This document shows, piece after piece, positions 10,203 to 19,408 of a stretch of DNA of 64,000 nt. This DNA is from Candidatus Bathyarchaeia archaeon (GTDB lineage Archaea > Thermoproteota > Bathyarchaeia > Bathyarchaeales > Bathycorpusculaceae), in the NCBI GenBank assembly GCA_038882655.1, contig JAVZNT010000002.1, forward strand, positions 64,001 to 128,000. Direction: 5' to 3'. A program made the position numbers and the translations under genes. The notes below the pieces were generated by a model, which was given only the letters and a program-made list of their open reading frames with translations, made no database searches and was not told the DNA's origin. Each line of letters starts with the position of its first letter. The stretch's first letter is position 1.

Positions 10203-10646
10203 TTAGGTGATTAACTGATTTACTATTTCGCGGTTTATGTATTTACCGCCCCTAGGCACTTTTAAAACACCGGAAAGCCTTTTAAGCGCTTCAAAAGAGA
10301 CGGGGGTTTCAAGTTCACAGAAGTTTGTGAACCTTATAAACGTGGCTTTCCTCCTACCTTTTAGAAAAGCTAGATATTCCGTGTAAGAGTTTATGCATGT
10401 TTCATCGCCATATTTTTCCCAAAGTTCTTTAGAGTCGCCAGCGGCTCGCTCTAGGAAATCTGCAACTCCCTTAATCTGCATTGACGGACGCTTAACATAA
10501 AACAATAATTTTTCAGCCCTTTTTGGTCCGACAAGGTTTCTCCGAACAAAAGCGTGGGTTTTCTCGCCGCGTTTACACCTTTCACAAAGCCTACTCCACC
10601 ACTTCTCGTCAGAGAGCAAAATAAACCCGTACCGTTCATCCGTCAA
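10203..10646 (-). CDS. PUA-like (DUF365/ASCH/EVE-like) domain protein
   Basis: LLFYV..P..QIKG, ELWEKYG, PVSFEALK pattern. Confidence 0.6.
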   Translation of the reverse strand: MTDERYGFILLSDEKWWSRLCERCKRGEKTHAFVRRNLVGPKRAEKLLFYVKRPSMQIKGVADFLERAAGDSKELWEKYGDETCINSYTEYLAFLKGRRKATFIRFTNFCELETPVSFEALKRLSGVLKVPRGGKYINREIVNQLIT

Positions 10647-10902
10647 ACCAGCAAACCACCTTGCATCAACATGGTTATTTAGGTTTTAGAAATAATATTT
10701 TTGGTTAAATCACGCCCACCGCCCGAACAAAATTTCACTTTTTAGGCATCAAAAACCAAAAGGAAGCCAGACGAGTTTGAAATAGATTTTTAAAAACAGC
10801 CATCCGTTTAAGCTTGAAAAGTGCGGAAAAGCCCCTCTCCTTGACCGTTAAAGTTTTTCTACATCACCGTGTCATTTTCTTTAGCGGATAGGAGGGTTTC
10901 CT

Positions 10903-11250
10903 CTGAAGCTAGATGAGGCGAAAGCCTTAGCCGACGCTTTAAACGAGTTAAATGATAGCTATGCCGATTTTCTTCAGTCCTTAAGTGGCACAGTAAGAGA
11001 GGCGAAAGCTTCAAAAAAGCTTTGGAAAAACGGCAACAAGCCATGGCTCATTAAGCTGGGCTTAGCCCTAATAGTTTTTCCAGAACCCGTCCTAAGCGAT
11101 GTGTTGGGAAGTCTCCTAATAGCTGCTGGAACTGTTCAAGAGGGAATTCGCCGCCGCGCCATACACGTTGAGGACATACCTAAAACATTTCAAAACGTTA
11201 TGAAGGAGCTTAGGGCTTCGGAGGAGCACACAATTGGAAAGTTTGTTTAA
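10903..11250 (+). CDS. Hypothetical protein with a hydrophobic hairpin, probable CTG start (absent from ORF track)
   Basis: Stop-free frame from TAG 10882 to TAA 11250; GGAGG at 10891 then CTG 10903; 115 aa including WLIKLGLALIVFPEPVLSDVLG. Confidence 0.7.
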   Translation: MKLDEAKALADALNELNDSYADFLQSLSGTVREAKASKKLWKNGNKPWLIKLGLALIVFPEPVLSDVLGSLLIAAGTVQEGIRRRAIHVEDIPKTFQNVMKELRASEEHTIGKFV

Positions 11251-11266
11251 ATCTTATATTTAGAGC

Positions 11267-11284
11267 ATGTTATAAGTATAACAT
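11267..11284. promoter_or_regulatory. Palindromic operator ATGTTATA-AG-TATAACAT upstream of RHH gene
   Basis: Perfect 8-bp inverted repeat between TATA-like TTATATTTA (~11254) and ATG 11303. Confidence 0.6.
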
Positions 11285-11302
11285 ATTTAGGGGCGGAGAA
11301 GC

Positions 11303-11455
11303 ATGAAACTCGTAACGGTGCTGTTACCCGAAGCCTATTTGGAAGGATTAGATGAGCTAGTAAGGGCGAACATGTATCCGAGCAGAAGCGCAGCAATAAG
11401 GTCTGCTGTCAGAGACTTGCTCAAAAAAGAGCTTTGGGAAAGGAAGGAACGCTAA
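11303..11455 (+). CDS. Ribbon-helix-helix (CopG/CdrS-like) transcription regulator, 50 aa (absent from ORF track)
   Basis: MKLVTVLLPEAYLEGLDELVRANMYPSRSAAIRSAVRDLLKKELW. Confidence 0.92.
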   Translation: MKLVTVLLPEAYLEGLDELVRANMYPSRSAAIRSAVRDLLKKELWERKER

Positions 11456-11470
11456 CCCCATAATCCCCTT

Positions 11471-12241
11471 TCATTTAATGCTCATGGCAATGTCCCTAAT
11501 CCTTTTGGCTGTTTCAGCCGGATTCTCAGAAAGAGTTATCGCCCGCCCCACAATGAGGTAATAGGCTCCAGCCTTTAGGGCAGATTCTATCTCGCCTCCT
11601 TGGACGCCTACGCCGGGCGAATAAATTGGGGTTCTCCCGCCGAGAACCGCATGCACTTCTCTTATTTTTTCAGGGTAGGTGGCTCCAACCACAACACCGT
11701 CTGCACCCCATTTTAGGGCTTTTTCTGCAAAAACAACGTATTGTGACTTTTTCTGTCCACTTTCTGTGTCCACTACAATCTGTCCGTAGCCTTCTTCAGC
11801 GCCTTTATGGCTCATGTAGGCAAGCAAGATAACGCCTTTGCGCCAATTTTTTGCAACTTCGAAGATTGGTTTTAGGCCCTCCTCCCATCCAACGAAGGGG
11901 TTGGCAATTAAAGCGTCAAAGCCAGCCTCATAATAGTATTCGGCTATTACTTGGTTTGTTGAACCTATGTCGTTTACCTTGCAGTCCATTATTGTGAGGA
12001 GACCTTTTTCATGCGCCTTTTCTAAGAGTTTTTGGATGCCGTTGAAGATTCCCAGTGGCAGAACCAAGTGATGGTTTATTTTGACAGCGCAAATGTAGGG
12101 ACTTACAGCCTCAATAATGTTTTCCGCCCTTTTGTAGAAGCTTTTGCGGTTTTCCGGCTTTTCGTAAGGAAAGTCTAAAGCCAGAACAATGTTTGACTCC
12201 CTTTTTCTGGCGGCTTCAGCCATTTTCTCTCGGAAAGACAA
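11471..12241 (-). CDS. pyrF: Orotidine 5'-phosphate decarboxylase
   Basis: LALD, DCKVNDIGST, VVGAT, PGVGVQGG, IVGRAI. Confidence 0.94.
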   Translation of the reverse strand: MSFREKMAEAARKRESNIVLALDFPYEKPENRKSFYKRAENIIEAVSPYICAVKINHHLVLPLGIFNGIQKLLEKAHEKGLLTIMDCKVNDIGSTNQVIAEYYYEAGFDALIANPFVGWEEGLKPIFEVAKNWRKGVILLAYMSHKGAEEGYGQIVVDTESGQKKSQYVVFAEKALKWGADGVVVGATYPEKIREVHAVLGGRTPIYSPGVGVQGGEIESALKAGAYYLIVGRAITLSENPAETAKRIRDIAMSIK

Positions 12242-12259
12242 GCCTAAAGCACCAAGAAC

Positions 12260-12958
12260 CTATTTTGGAGTTGCACTAAAAACCTTTATCATCTCTATTT
12301 CTCCGCCGCAGCACACCTTAATGTATTCTAGGGCTGTTTTCACCGCCTCTTCAAGTTGCTGGTGGGTTATTCCCGGCGCACCGTACGCCACTAAAAGTAT
12401 TTTCTTTGTTTCTGGTGTGATTTTTGTCTGGTCTGCGTCTCTGTGGGGGTATATGCACAAAACCCTTATGGTGTCAGCGAAAACAAGCATGTTGCTTTTT
12501 AAAGCCATTGGCTTTTCCATTCCAATGCCCGCAAACGCCTCACCTTTTTCAGCAAACCGCACATTGAAGGGCGGATGGAGCGCGCCCCTGTCGAAACCGC
12601 TTATCGGGATTATCGTCTTCATAGAAGCCAAATTGTAGGCGTCCACAGCCGTTGAAATGGGTGGAAGCTCGCCGCCATGCAAAACTCGCCTCAGCAGCGC
12701 TTCACCAGAAGGTCTCGTTTTAGTTGGGTCTATGCCTAGTTGCCAGTAAAAGTCTCTGTAGGCTCTAACGGTTGGGTTTTCCTTGAGCCCCTCCACACTA
12801 TGTTGAGCTCTGGCTTCCGCGTATAAGGCTTTTTTAAGCTCTTTTATTTTCTGGTTTTCCCTTTCCACCCTAACGTTGTTTATTGTTCCTATGCTTATGG
12901 CTAGTTGTGGAAATTTTGAGGCAACTTCGGCGCACCAGTAAACTGTGACGGGCTGCAT
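12260..12958 (-). CDS. B3/4 domain protein (stand-alone PheRS-beta editing-like)
   Basis: GIDPTKTRPSGEALLRR, VDAYNLAS. Confidence 0.88.
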   Translation of the reverse strand: MQPVTVYWCAEVASKFPQLAISIGTINNVRVERENQKIKELKKALYAEARAQHSVEGLKENPTVRAYRDFYWQLGIDPTKTRPSGEALLRRVLHGGELPPISTAVDAYNLASMKTIIPISGFDRGALHPPFNVRFAEKGEAFAGIGMEKPMALKSNMLVFADTIRVLCIYPHRDADQTKITPETKKILLVAYGAPGITHQQLEEAVKTALEYIKVCCGGEIEMIKVFSATPK

Positions 12959-13040
12959 TTTGCTCAGCTAATAACTTCAGTGATAAGGTTAAATATTTTT
13001 AATGGCTTAGGCAGTCTTCCTTTGAAGTTGGCTGTCTGAA

Positions 13041-13943
13041 ATGATTGGCGAGTTGGCTGCCCTTGGGGCGGCCTTATGCTGGACCTTTTCAGCCGTGCTT
13101 TACAAGAAGGCTTTAGCTGAGACAAAGCCTATACCGGCGAATGTTGTGCGATGTGCTGGGACAAGTCTTGTTCTTGTTTTGTTTTTCGCTCTATTTGGGA
13201 AAATTCATGTTTTCGCAAGTTTGCCGGTTCACGTGATTCTTTTAGCCTCTATCAGTGGCATAATCGGGTTGGGGTTAGGTGACACGCTTTACATGAACAG
13301 TCTTGAAATTCTTGGAGTTGCACGGGCTGTTCCAATAACGTGCACGTATCCCCTTTTCAGTCTTGTTTGGGCTTACTTTTTCGCAGGCGAAATCATCACG
13401 CTACCGGTTGTCCTTGGCGCTTTAGCAATTGTTTTTGGAATTTGGCTTTTAACTAGCGGAGAAGAAAAGTACAAAATAAACAATAACGGGCGTTGGATTA
13501 AGCTTCGCATTAGAGGTTTTGTCTTTGCATTGACAACGGCTATTGCATGGTCTGTTAGCATTTCAATGATTAATTTGGCTGTTAAAGCATCTTCTGGTTT
13601 GGAGCAAGCCTACGCCATAAACACCCTTCGACTCGTGGCGGTGGCAGTTTTTCTGATAGCTTTAGTACCCTTTGGCAGTGTGAAACGTTTCGTTCGAGGG
13701 ATGCTGTTGAAGACTGCGGGTATGCTCTTGGCTGGAGGCTTAATAGCCATAGGATTGGGATGGTTCTTTTTAACAACCAGCTTCATTTACATTCCCGAGG
13801 CGCAAGCCGTGCCAATATCTTCGACAACACCTTTGTTTTCGGCTTTGTCGGGCGTGGTTTTTCTACGGGAAAAGGTTACGGCTAGAATTGCTATAGGCTC
13901 CATCATGGTTGTGGCTGGAATCTTTTTGGTCTTCGTAGATTAG
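13041..13943 (+). CDS. DMT/EamA family transporter
   Basis: About 10 hydrophobic segments in two repeats; FLREK motif. Confidence 0.88.
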   Translation: MIGELAALGAALCWTFSAVLYKKALAETKPIPANVVRCAGTSLVLVLFFALFGKIHVFASLPVHVILLASISGIIGLGLGDTLYMNSLEILGVARAVPITCTYPLFSLVWAYFFAGEIITLPVVLGALAIVFGIWLLTSGEEKYKINNNGRWIKLRIRGFVFALTTAIAWSVSISMINLAVKASSGLEQAYAINTLRLVAVAVFLIALVPFGSVKRFVRGMLLKTAGMLLAGGLIAIGLGWFFLTTSFIYIPEAQAVPISSTTPLFSALSGVVFLREKVTARIAIGSIMVVAGIFLVFVD

Positions 13944-14009
13944 CCCCCGTTTTTCATAAGTTTGTTGAAAAGGTTTATATGGTTGAACCTTGAATCCTCG
14001 GTGTGGGTC

Positions 14010-15056
14010 GTGGAGACCCAACTTAGTGAGATTGGAAAAATTTCTGAAAAACAAAGCGTAAAACCCCTTTCCATTCTGAAGGAGACAGAGAATCGCCACA
14101 AACTGCTTTCAAAGCCAGAATTGTCAGCTGTTGTCAAGATTGAGGCAAGTCTGCTGAAGGGTGCTAGGCGCTACTTTGAAGAACACGGCTTCGTCGAGAT
14201 TGTTGTTCCCCACTTAACAAGGGCGACTGGCGCGTGTGAAAATATCGCCACAATGTTTGAGGTGGACTATTTTGGCAGAAGACGATACTTAAGCCAAACA
14301 GCCCAGCTCTACTTAGAGGTTTTAACGCCTTTCCTTGGCAAGGTCTGGTGTATTGGACCCAGTTTCAGGGCTGAGCCTTCAGTGGACGAGCGCCACTTGG
14401 TGGAGTTCAACTTAATAGAGTTGGAGTTCGCCGGAGACTTTAGGCAACTTCTAGAGCACATTGAAGGCGTAATATGTTCGATGGTGGGCTGTGTGCTTGC
14501 CGAACGCGGGAAGGAGCTGGAGCTTCTAGGCGTGGATTTGGAACGTTTAAAACGGGTTAGGAAGCCCTTCGAAAAAATAACCTACACGGAAGCTGTTGGC
14601 TTGCTGGCTGATTATGGCGTCAAATGGGGCGACGACCTAAAAAGCATGCATGAAAAAGCTCTTGTCCAGATGGTTGGCAATAAGCCACTGTTTGTAACTC
14701 ACTTTCCAAAAGCCATAAAATTTTTCAACATGCGGGAAAACGACGAAAACCCAAACATCGTCAACAGCGCCGATTTGCTTCTGCCCATGAGTGGGGAAGC
14801 CGTCGGAGCAGCGGAAAGGGAATACCGCTACGAGAGGCTTTACGAGAGGCTTGTCAACTCAACAATGTTTAGGCAGCTTGTCGAAAAGGGCGGAAGCATA
14901 GAAGACTTTGACTGGTACTTGGAATTTTACAAGGAACACAGCGTTTTACATTCTGGCTGTGGCATAGGGCTAAACAGAGTAACACAGTTTGTCTTAGGCG
15001 ATGATGACATTCGGGCGACCACAGCGTTTCCGCTGAACAAAGAATCAATCCTATAA
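14010..15056 (+). CDS. Archaeal asparagine synthetase A (AsnRS catalytic-core paralogue without anticodon domain)
   Basis: Class II motifs YLSQTAQLYLE, FRAE..RHLVEF, GCGIGLNR; no OB fold; GTG start after TTTATAT promoter. Confidence 0.8.
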   Translation: METQLSEIGKISEKQSVKPLSILKETENRHKLLSKPELSAVVKIEASLLKGARRYFEEHGFVEIVVPHLTRATGACENIATMFEVDYFGRRRYLSQTAQLYLEVLTPFLGKVWCIGPSFRAEPSVDERHLVEFNLIELEFAGDFRQLLEHIEGVICSMVGCVLAERGKELELLGVDLERLKRVRKPFEKITYTEAVGLLADYGVKWGDDLKSMHEKALVQMVGNKPLFVTHFPKAIKFFNMRENDENPNIVNSADLLLPMSGEAVGAAEREYRYERLYERLVNSTMFRQLVEKGGSIEDFDWYLEFYKEHSVLHSGCGIGLNRVTQFVLGDDDIRATTAFPLNKESIL

Positions 15057-15168
15057 TCCACCCACATCCTCTCTTTCTTTTTACTACTATACCCTAAAAG
15101 CGGTACAGTTTTATACTGGCATGTTTCTAGAGGTGAAACTTGGCGGACTGGAAGGGAAAGGCGTTCAC

Positions 15169-15936
15169 ATGTCTGTATCTCCAAGCGTTCGCGAAGTTCT
15201 TGCTAGGCGGATTGCTGGCGAGATTATCCTCTCCAACAAGCCGGGAGCCACTATGCGGAAGTGGCGGGAGCTCTTCGGTGTTTCCCAGACAACACTTTCG
15301 GATAAGATGATTCTTTCGCCTTCTGTAATAAGTGACTATGAAAGCGGGAGACGGAAAAGTCCGGGAACAAAGTTTGTGCGCCGTTTTGTTTGGGCACTGT
15401 TGAAGATTGATGAGGAGCGTGGGAGCCGCTTCATCCGCGAATTCGCAAAACTCACAAGTTCGCCAAGTATGGCTGTTGTGGATTTGCGGGAGTTCCCCAT
15501 CCCAGTGCGCGTGGAATATTTGTGTAAAGCCATTAAAGGCGAGATTGTGGCTTGTTCCAGCCTAAACGTTAGGGATGTTTTGGGCTATACGGTTGTGGAC
15601 AGCAAGAAGACCATTGAGACGCTTTCGGGTTTTGAGTATTCCCAGCTTTTCGGCGCCACAACAGAGCGCGCATTAATCTTCACTAATATTGGGGATGAGA
15701 ACTCGCCTATGATGCTTGTCCGCATGAGCAGCCTAAAACCAAAAGTCGTTGTTTTTCATGGCGCGAAGCCAGACGAATATTCTATTAGACTTGCGGAGTA
15801 CGACCGCATACCTCTAATTTATTCGGCTCTGCCAACGGTTGAGCAGCTTGTAAAGTCCCTAAGGAAGCTTTACCGCATAGCCCTAAGAAGGAAGCTTGGC
15901 AAAGCAGTCCGCCCACCCCCAAAAGTAAGCACATAA
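15169..15936 (+). CDS. XRE-family HTH transcription regulator with C-terminal DRTGG-like domain
   Basis: RIAGEIILS..PG.TMRKWRELF, SVISDYESGRRKSPG. Confidence 0.85.
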   Translation: MSVSPSVREVLARRIAGEIILSNKPGATMRKWRELFGVSQTTLSDKMILSPSVISDYESGRRKSPGTKFVRRFVWALLKIDEERGSRFIREFAKLTSSPSMAVVDLREFPIPVRVEYLCKAIKGEIVACSSLNVRDVLGYTVVDSKKTIETLSGFEYSQLFGATTERALIFTNIGDENSPMMLVRMSSLKPKVVVFHGAKPDEYSIRLAEYDRIPLIYSALPTVEQLVKSLRKLYRIALRRKLGKAVRPPPKVST

Positions 15937-15962
15937 ACATGCGTCTAGGCGAGGTTTAGGCC

Positions 15963-16877
15963 TTGATAAAGGTTGGGTGTTGCGGCTTCCCAACATCCAT
16001 GAAACGCTACTTCGAAAACTACAACCTAGTGGAGCTGAACAGCACATTCTACGAGTATCCAAGGCTGGAAACTGTCGTGGGATGGCGGGAAAAAGCACCG
16101 GAAAACTTCGAATTCACGGTTAAAGCCCACCAAGACATAAGCCACAAGGCGAAAATGCGACTAGACGAAACAAGCCAGCAAGCCTTCGAAACCATGAAAA
16201 AAATATGCAAAACATTAAAGGCAAAAATACTGTTGATTCAAACACCGGGCTCCTTCCGCCCAGACAAGCTCGGTGAAGCAGAAAAATTCTTTAGAGCTGT
16301 GGATCGTGAAGGTTTAACGCTTGTTTGGGAAACCCGCGGATCGGAATGGGAGAAACCAGAAGTTTATGAGAGGCTAAGGCAGGTTTTAAGTAGCCTTGAC
16401 ATTGTGCATGTGACAGACCCGTTTAGGGTTTTGCCAGCCTACATAAGCCAAACCGCCTATTTCAGACTGCACGGCTTAGGCGAAGGACTATACTACTACC
16501 AGTATACAGACGAAGAGCTGAAGCGGCTTGCAGAAACCGCCAAAACCTTCGAAGCGAAGGGCAAAACGGTCTATGTGCTTTTCAATAACCTCGCCATGTT
16601 CGATGATGGGTTACGCTTTACGCAGTACCTTTCAAGCGAAAGATTCCCAAAAATCACGGGCTCTGTTGGCTTGGAATCTGTAAAAAGCGTGATTAAAAAA
16701 ACACGTTATCCAGCGCCGAAAAGCATGTTGGTTAAGAAGGTTGGCTGGAGGCTTGTGGAAATAGAAGAAGGCAAACAGGTTAGGCTTGCGGAGCTGCTGG
16801 CGGAACTGCCATCAAAAACGTATAAAAACGCGGAAGAGCTCCTAAAAAAGTTGAAAGCCGCTAAAAAGCTGGACTAA
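15963..16877 (+). CDS. DUF72 family protein with C-terminal extension
   Basis: IKVGCCGF, VELNSTFY, FTVKA, YFRLHG, YVLFNN. Confidence 0.88.
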   Translation: MIKVGCCGFPTSMKRYFENYNLVELNSTFYEYPRLETVVGWREKAPENFEFTVKAHQDISHKAKMRLDETSQQAFETMKKICKTLKAKILLIQTPGSFRPDKLGEAEKFFRAVDREGLTLVWETRGSEWEKPEVYERLRQVLSSLDIVHVTDPFRVLPAYISQTAYFRLHGLGEGLYYYQYTDEELKRLAETAKTFEAKGKTVYVLFNNLAMFDDGLRFTQYLSSERFPKITGSVGLESVKSVIKKTRYPAPKSMLVKKVGWRLVEIEEGKQVRLAELLAELPSKTYKNAEELLKKLKAAKKLD

Positions 16878-17488
16878 ACAGCCAAGCCCAACTCCAGAAT
16901 TTTCGCCTTCAGCAGTCTAAAGTCTCCGATGAGTAGTTGCTTGTATTTGGCGCTGTAAAGCCCAGCTGCCGGATGCATTGTTGGAAAAACCACCACAACC
17001 AAACCTAACACATTCGCGTTGTAAAATTTTCCCCTAGCCTCCGTTATGCCTCGAAAGGGTATTCCAGCCTTTGCGAAAATGTAGGCTGTTGAATAATTCC
17101 CAAGAGTGACTATGAGTTTTGGCTTTATAGTCCTTATCTGCCGTTCCAAGAATGGTGTGCAAGCCTCAATTTCGGCCGGTGCTGGCTCGCGGTTTGCGGG
17201 CGGGCGGCACTTCAAAACATTCCCAATAAAGACCTGATTCCGCAAAAGACCAGCCTCAGCCAAAAGCGTATCCAGAAACTTTCCAGCAGCCCCAACGAAG
17301 GGTTTGCCCTTAACGTCTTCCCAGTAGCCCGGCGCTTCACCCACGAACAGCACTTTTGCATTTGGGTCACCATCGCCCGGAACAGCGTTTTTGCGGGCTC
17401 TCCAAAGACCACACCGTGTGCAACCCTTAACTTCTGAAGCAATAGCCTCGATAACCGCTTTTATAGACAAGTCAAGGCACTCCAGCAA
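16874..17488 (-). CDS. udg: Uracil-DNA glycosylase, family 4
   Basis: CTRCGL, GEAPG, PFVGAAG, KCRPP.NR.P, HPAA. Confidence 0.94.
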   Translation of the reverse strand: MLECLDLSIKAVIEAIASEVKGCTRCGLWRARKNAVPGDGDPNAKVLFVGEAPGYWEDVKGKPFVGAAGKFLDTLLAEAGLLRNQVFIGNVLKCRPPANREPAPAEIEACTPFLERQIRTIKPKLIVTLGNYSTAYIFAKAGIPFRGITEARGKFYNANVLGLVVVVFPTMHPAAGLYSAKYKQLLIGDFRLLKAKILELGLAV

Positions 17489-17560
17489 TTAAGATAGTTA
17501 TGGGCAAAATATTTATTAGCATTGTTAATCTTGCCGTATGAATGTTGGAGGCTTCAATTC

Positions 17561-18340
17561 TTGACGAGTCTTTTGAAAATTGCAAGGAAATTTGTGGATG
17601 AAAGGTTCGTGGGCTGCGATGATGTTTTGGGCGTTTTGTTGGAAGGCTCCGCCGCCATCGGAGTAAGAGACAAGTTTGTAAATTTGGATTTTGAAGTTAT
17701 AATTACAGAGGAACGTTACAGGGAGGGCGTTTTCTTAACCGATGAAACCATATATGAAGGTGTTGAGGTTTGCTGGGGATGGACCCCTTTCAAAAGGCTA
17801 GAATCCAAACTAAACGGTTGGCAAAACGACATTAATCTCTGAGTATACTCCACATCAAAAATAATGCACGACCCCACTTGGAAAGTGAGCCGCCTACTAG
17901 AGAAGTTTAGGAGGTACCCCGAAGACATTCGGAGGGAGAAAATGTTCTCCTATTTTTACTATGGTTGGGCGGAGGCACCATACAACTTCGAAAAGGCACT
18001 AATGAGAAAAGACCTAATTACTGCGCAGCTCTTTCTAAACAACGCTGTAGAAATATTTACGGCCCTCCTTTTCATCATCAACCACAATTTTGTCCCATAT
18101 CGGAAATGGAGGCTTCGCGAACTGCAAAAATTGGAAAAGAAACCAGAGAAATATGAAGAAAAGATAAGGCAACTGGTCCAAACAAACAGTTTTGACAGCG
18201 AGACCTTCAACTTAAAACACAAAATAGTCCAAGAAGTTGTTGACAAACTGAGAGAACTTCTAATTTAAGAGGGGGTTCCCTCCGAAAGAGTCGGAAATAA
18301 AATGTGGAGGTATGAGCCCAAATATCAGCCTTCAGTATAG
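17561..18340 (+). pseudogene. Nucleotidyltransferase plus DUF4037-like helical domain, interrupted by in-frame TGA (17840) and TAA (18266)
   Basis: ORFs 17522-17842 and 17864-18268 are in the same frame; GS..G..D...LD NTase motif; PYRKWR motif; frame continues to TAG 18340. Confidence 0.7.
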
Positions 18341-18357
18341 TTTATCTGCTTGAACTT

Positions 18358-19089
18358 TTAGGCGCTTTGTGTAAGCTTGGGTTCCCATTTAAGGGCGTCT
18401 CTTATTTTTCTTGTTGAAACAGAAGGCTCACACGCTACGTTAAAAACTTGACCGTAAGCTTTACTGTTTAATGTCGCTAGGATGAAAGCTTGAACAACAT
18501 CCTTAACGTGTATTTCGCCTTCTCCTGGAGGTTCGAAAACGTATCCAATTCTTAAGGCGGTTACTGGCAACCCATATTCGCTATTATATAGAAGGCATAG
18601 GCGCTCTGTTACAAATTTTATTATTCCATATGCTGGCCCAGGGTCTCCTCTGAAAAGTTCTGGTTTGCAGACGCTTTCTTCATCCACAACCTCTGCGCTT
18701 CCATTTCCGTAAACTGCGGTGCTGCTTGCAAACAAGAAGTGTTTAATTCCCTCAGACTTCGCCTCCTCTAAAAGGTTTAGGGTTCCCTTAATGTTAACAT
18801 AAAACAGATCTGGCAAAGGGATTTTGTGCTTCCATGTAGCTCCGTCCCAATTCAAACCTAAATGGTAAACCGCGTCCACGCCTCTAATGGCTTGCCGCAC
18901 AATATCCTTGTCAACCATGCCCTCACGTAAATCATCGCTTCCAACACCGAAAAACTCCACCTTTTCCTTATACTCTATCAACTCTCCGTATCGAACATCG
19001 AGAACTCTAACAAGCCAATTTTTATTCAATAGGGCACGTACAAGCCTAGAGCCGATAAAACCTCCTCCGCCAGCAACTAACACTTTCAA
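18358..19089 (-). CDS. NAD-dependent epimerase/dehydratase (extended SDR)
   Basis: GGGGFIG, ASSTAVYG, YGIIK catalytic motif. Confidence 0.88.
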   Translation of the reverse strand: MKVLVAGGGGFIGSRLVRALLNKNWLVRVLDVRYGELIEYKEKVEFFGVGSDDLREGMVDKDIVRQAIRGVDAVYHLGLNWDGATWKHKIPLPDLFYVNIKGTLNLLEEAKSEGIKHFLFASSTAVYGNGSAEVVDEESVCKPELFRGDPGPAYGIIKFVTERLCLLYNSEYGLPVTALRIGYVFEPPGEGEIHVKDVVQAFILATLNSKAYGQVFNVACEPSVSTRKIRDALKWEPKLTQSA

Positions 19090-19168
19090 TTCTCACTCAC
19101 CTTCTTACAATTATAAACAAAGAACGTATCATATTTTACTTTACATATTCCTAGATCTAGCTGTTGAC

Positions 19169-19370
19169 AAAATCTATAGAGGGGAGAGTCGCTATTGGCT
19201 TTTTTCTCTGCCAAAGATCATAGAAAATCTAGAAGGGGAGGGGGGTCACCTTAGGCTATTTTTCTCAATCATTTTCCCGTGTAGTAAAATTCTATAGAGG
19301 GGTAGTGTTTTTGTTAAGCCGATCTGTCAACAAATATGATTTGCCATGCCAAAATTCTAGAGAGGGGCTA
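19169..19370. repeat. Four imperfect direct repeats, consensus AAAAT(T)CTA(T/G)AGAGGGG
   Basis: Copies start at 19169, 19224, 19286 and 19351 (spacing 55, 62, 65 bp). Confidence 0.7.
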
Positions 19371-19408
19371 TCAATTTTGTAGTTTGCCACTATCAGCAAA
19401 ATTGACGT

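Noticed and set aside
17840-17842. Selenocysteine or readthrough UGA
   Set aside because: Context fits Trp, there is no redox motif, and a second different stop (TAA) occurs downstream.
19169-19370. CRISPR array
   Set aside because: Repeats are only ~17-20 bp and divergent, spacing varies, and no cas genes are in the window; kept as an unexplained repeat.
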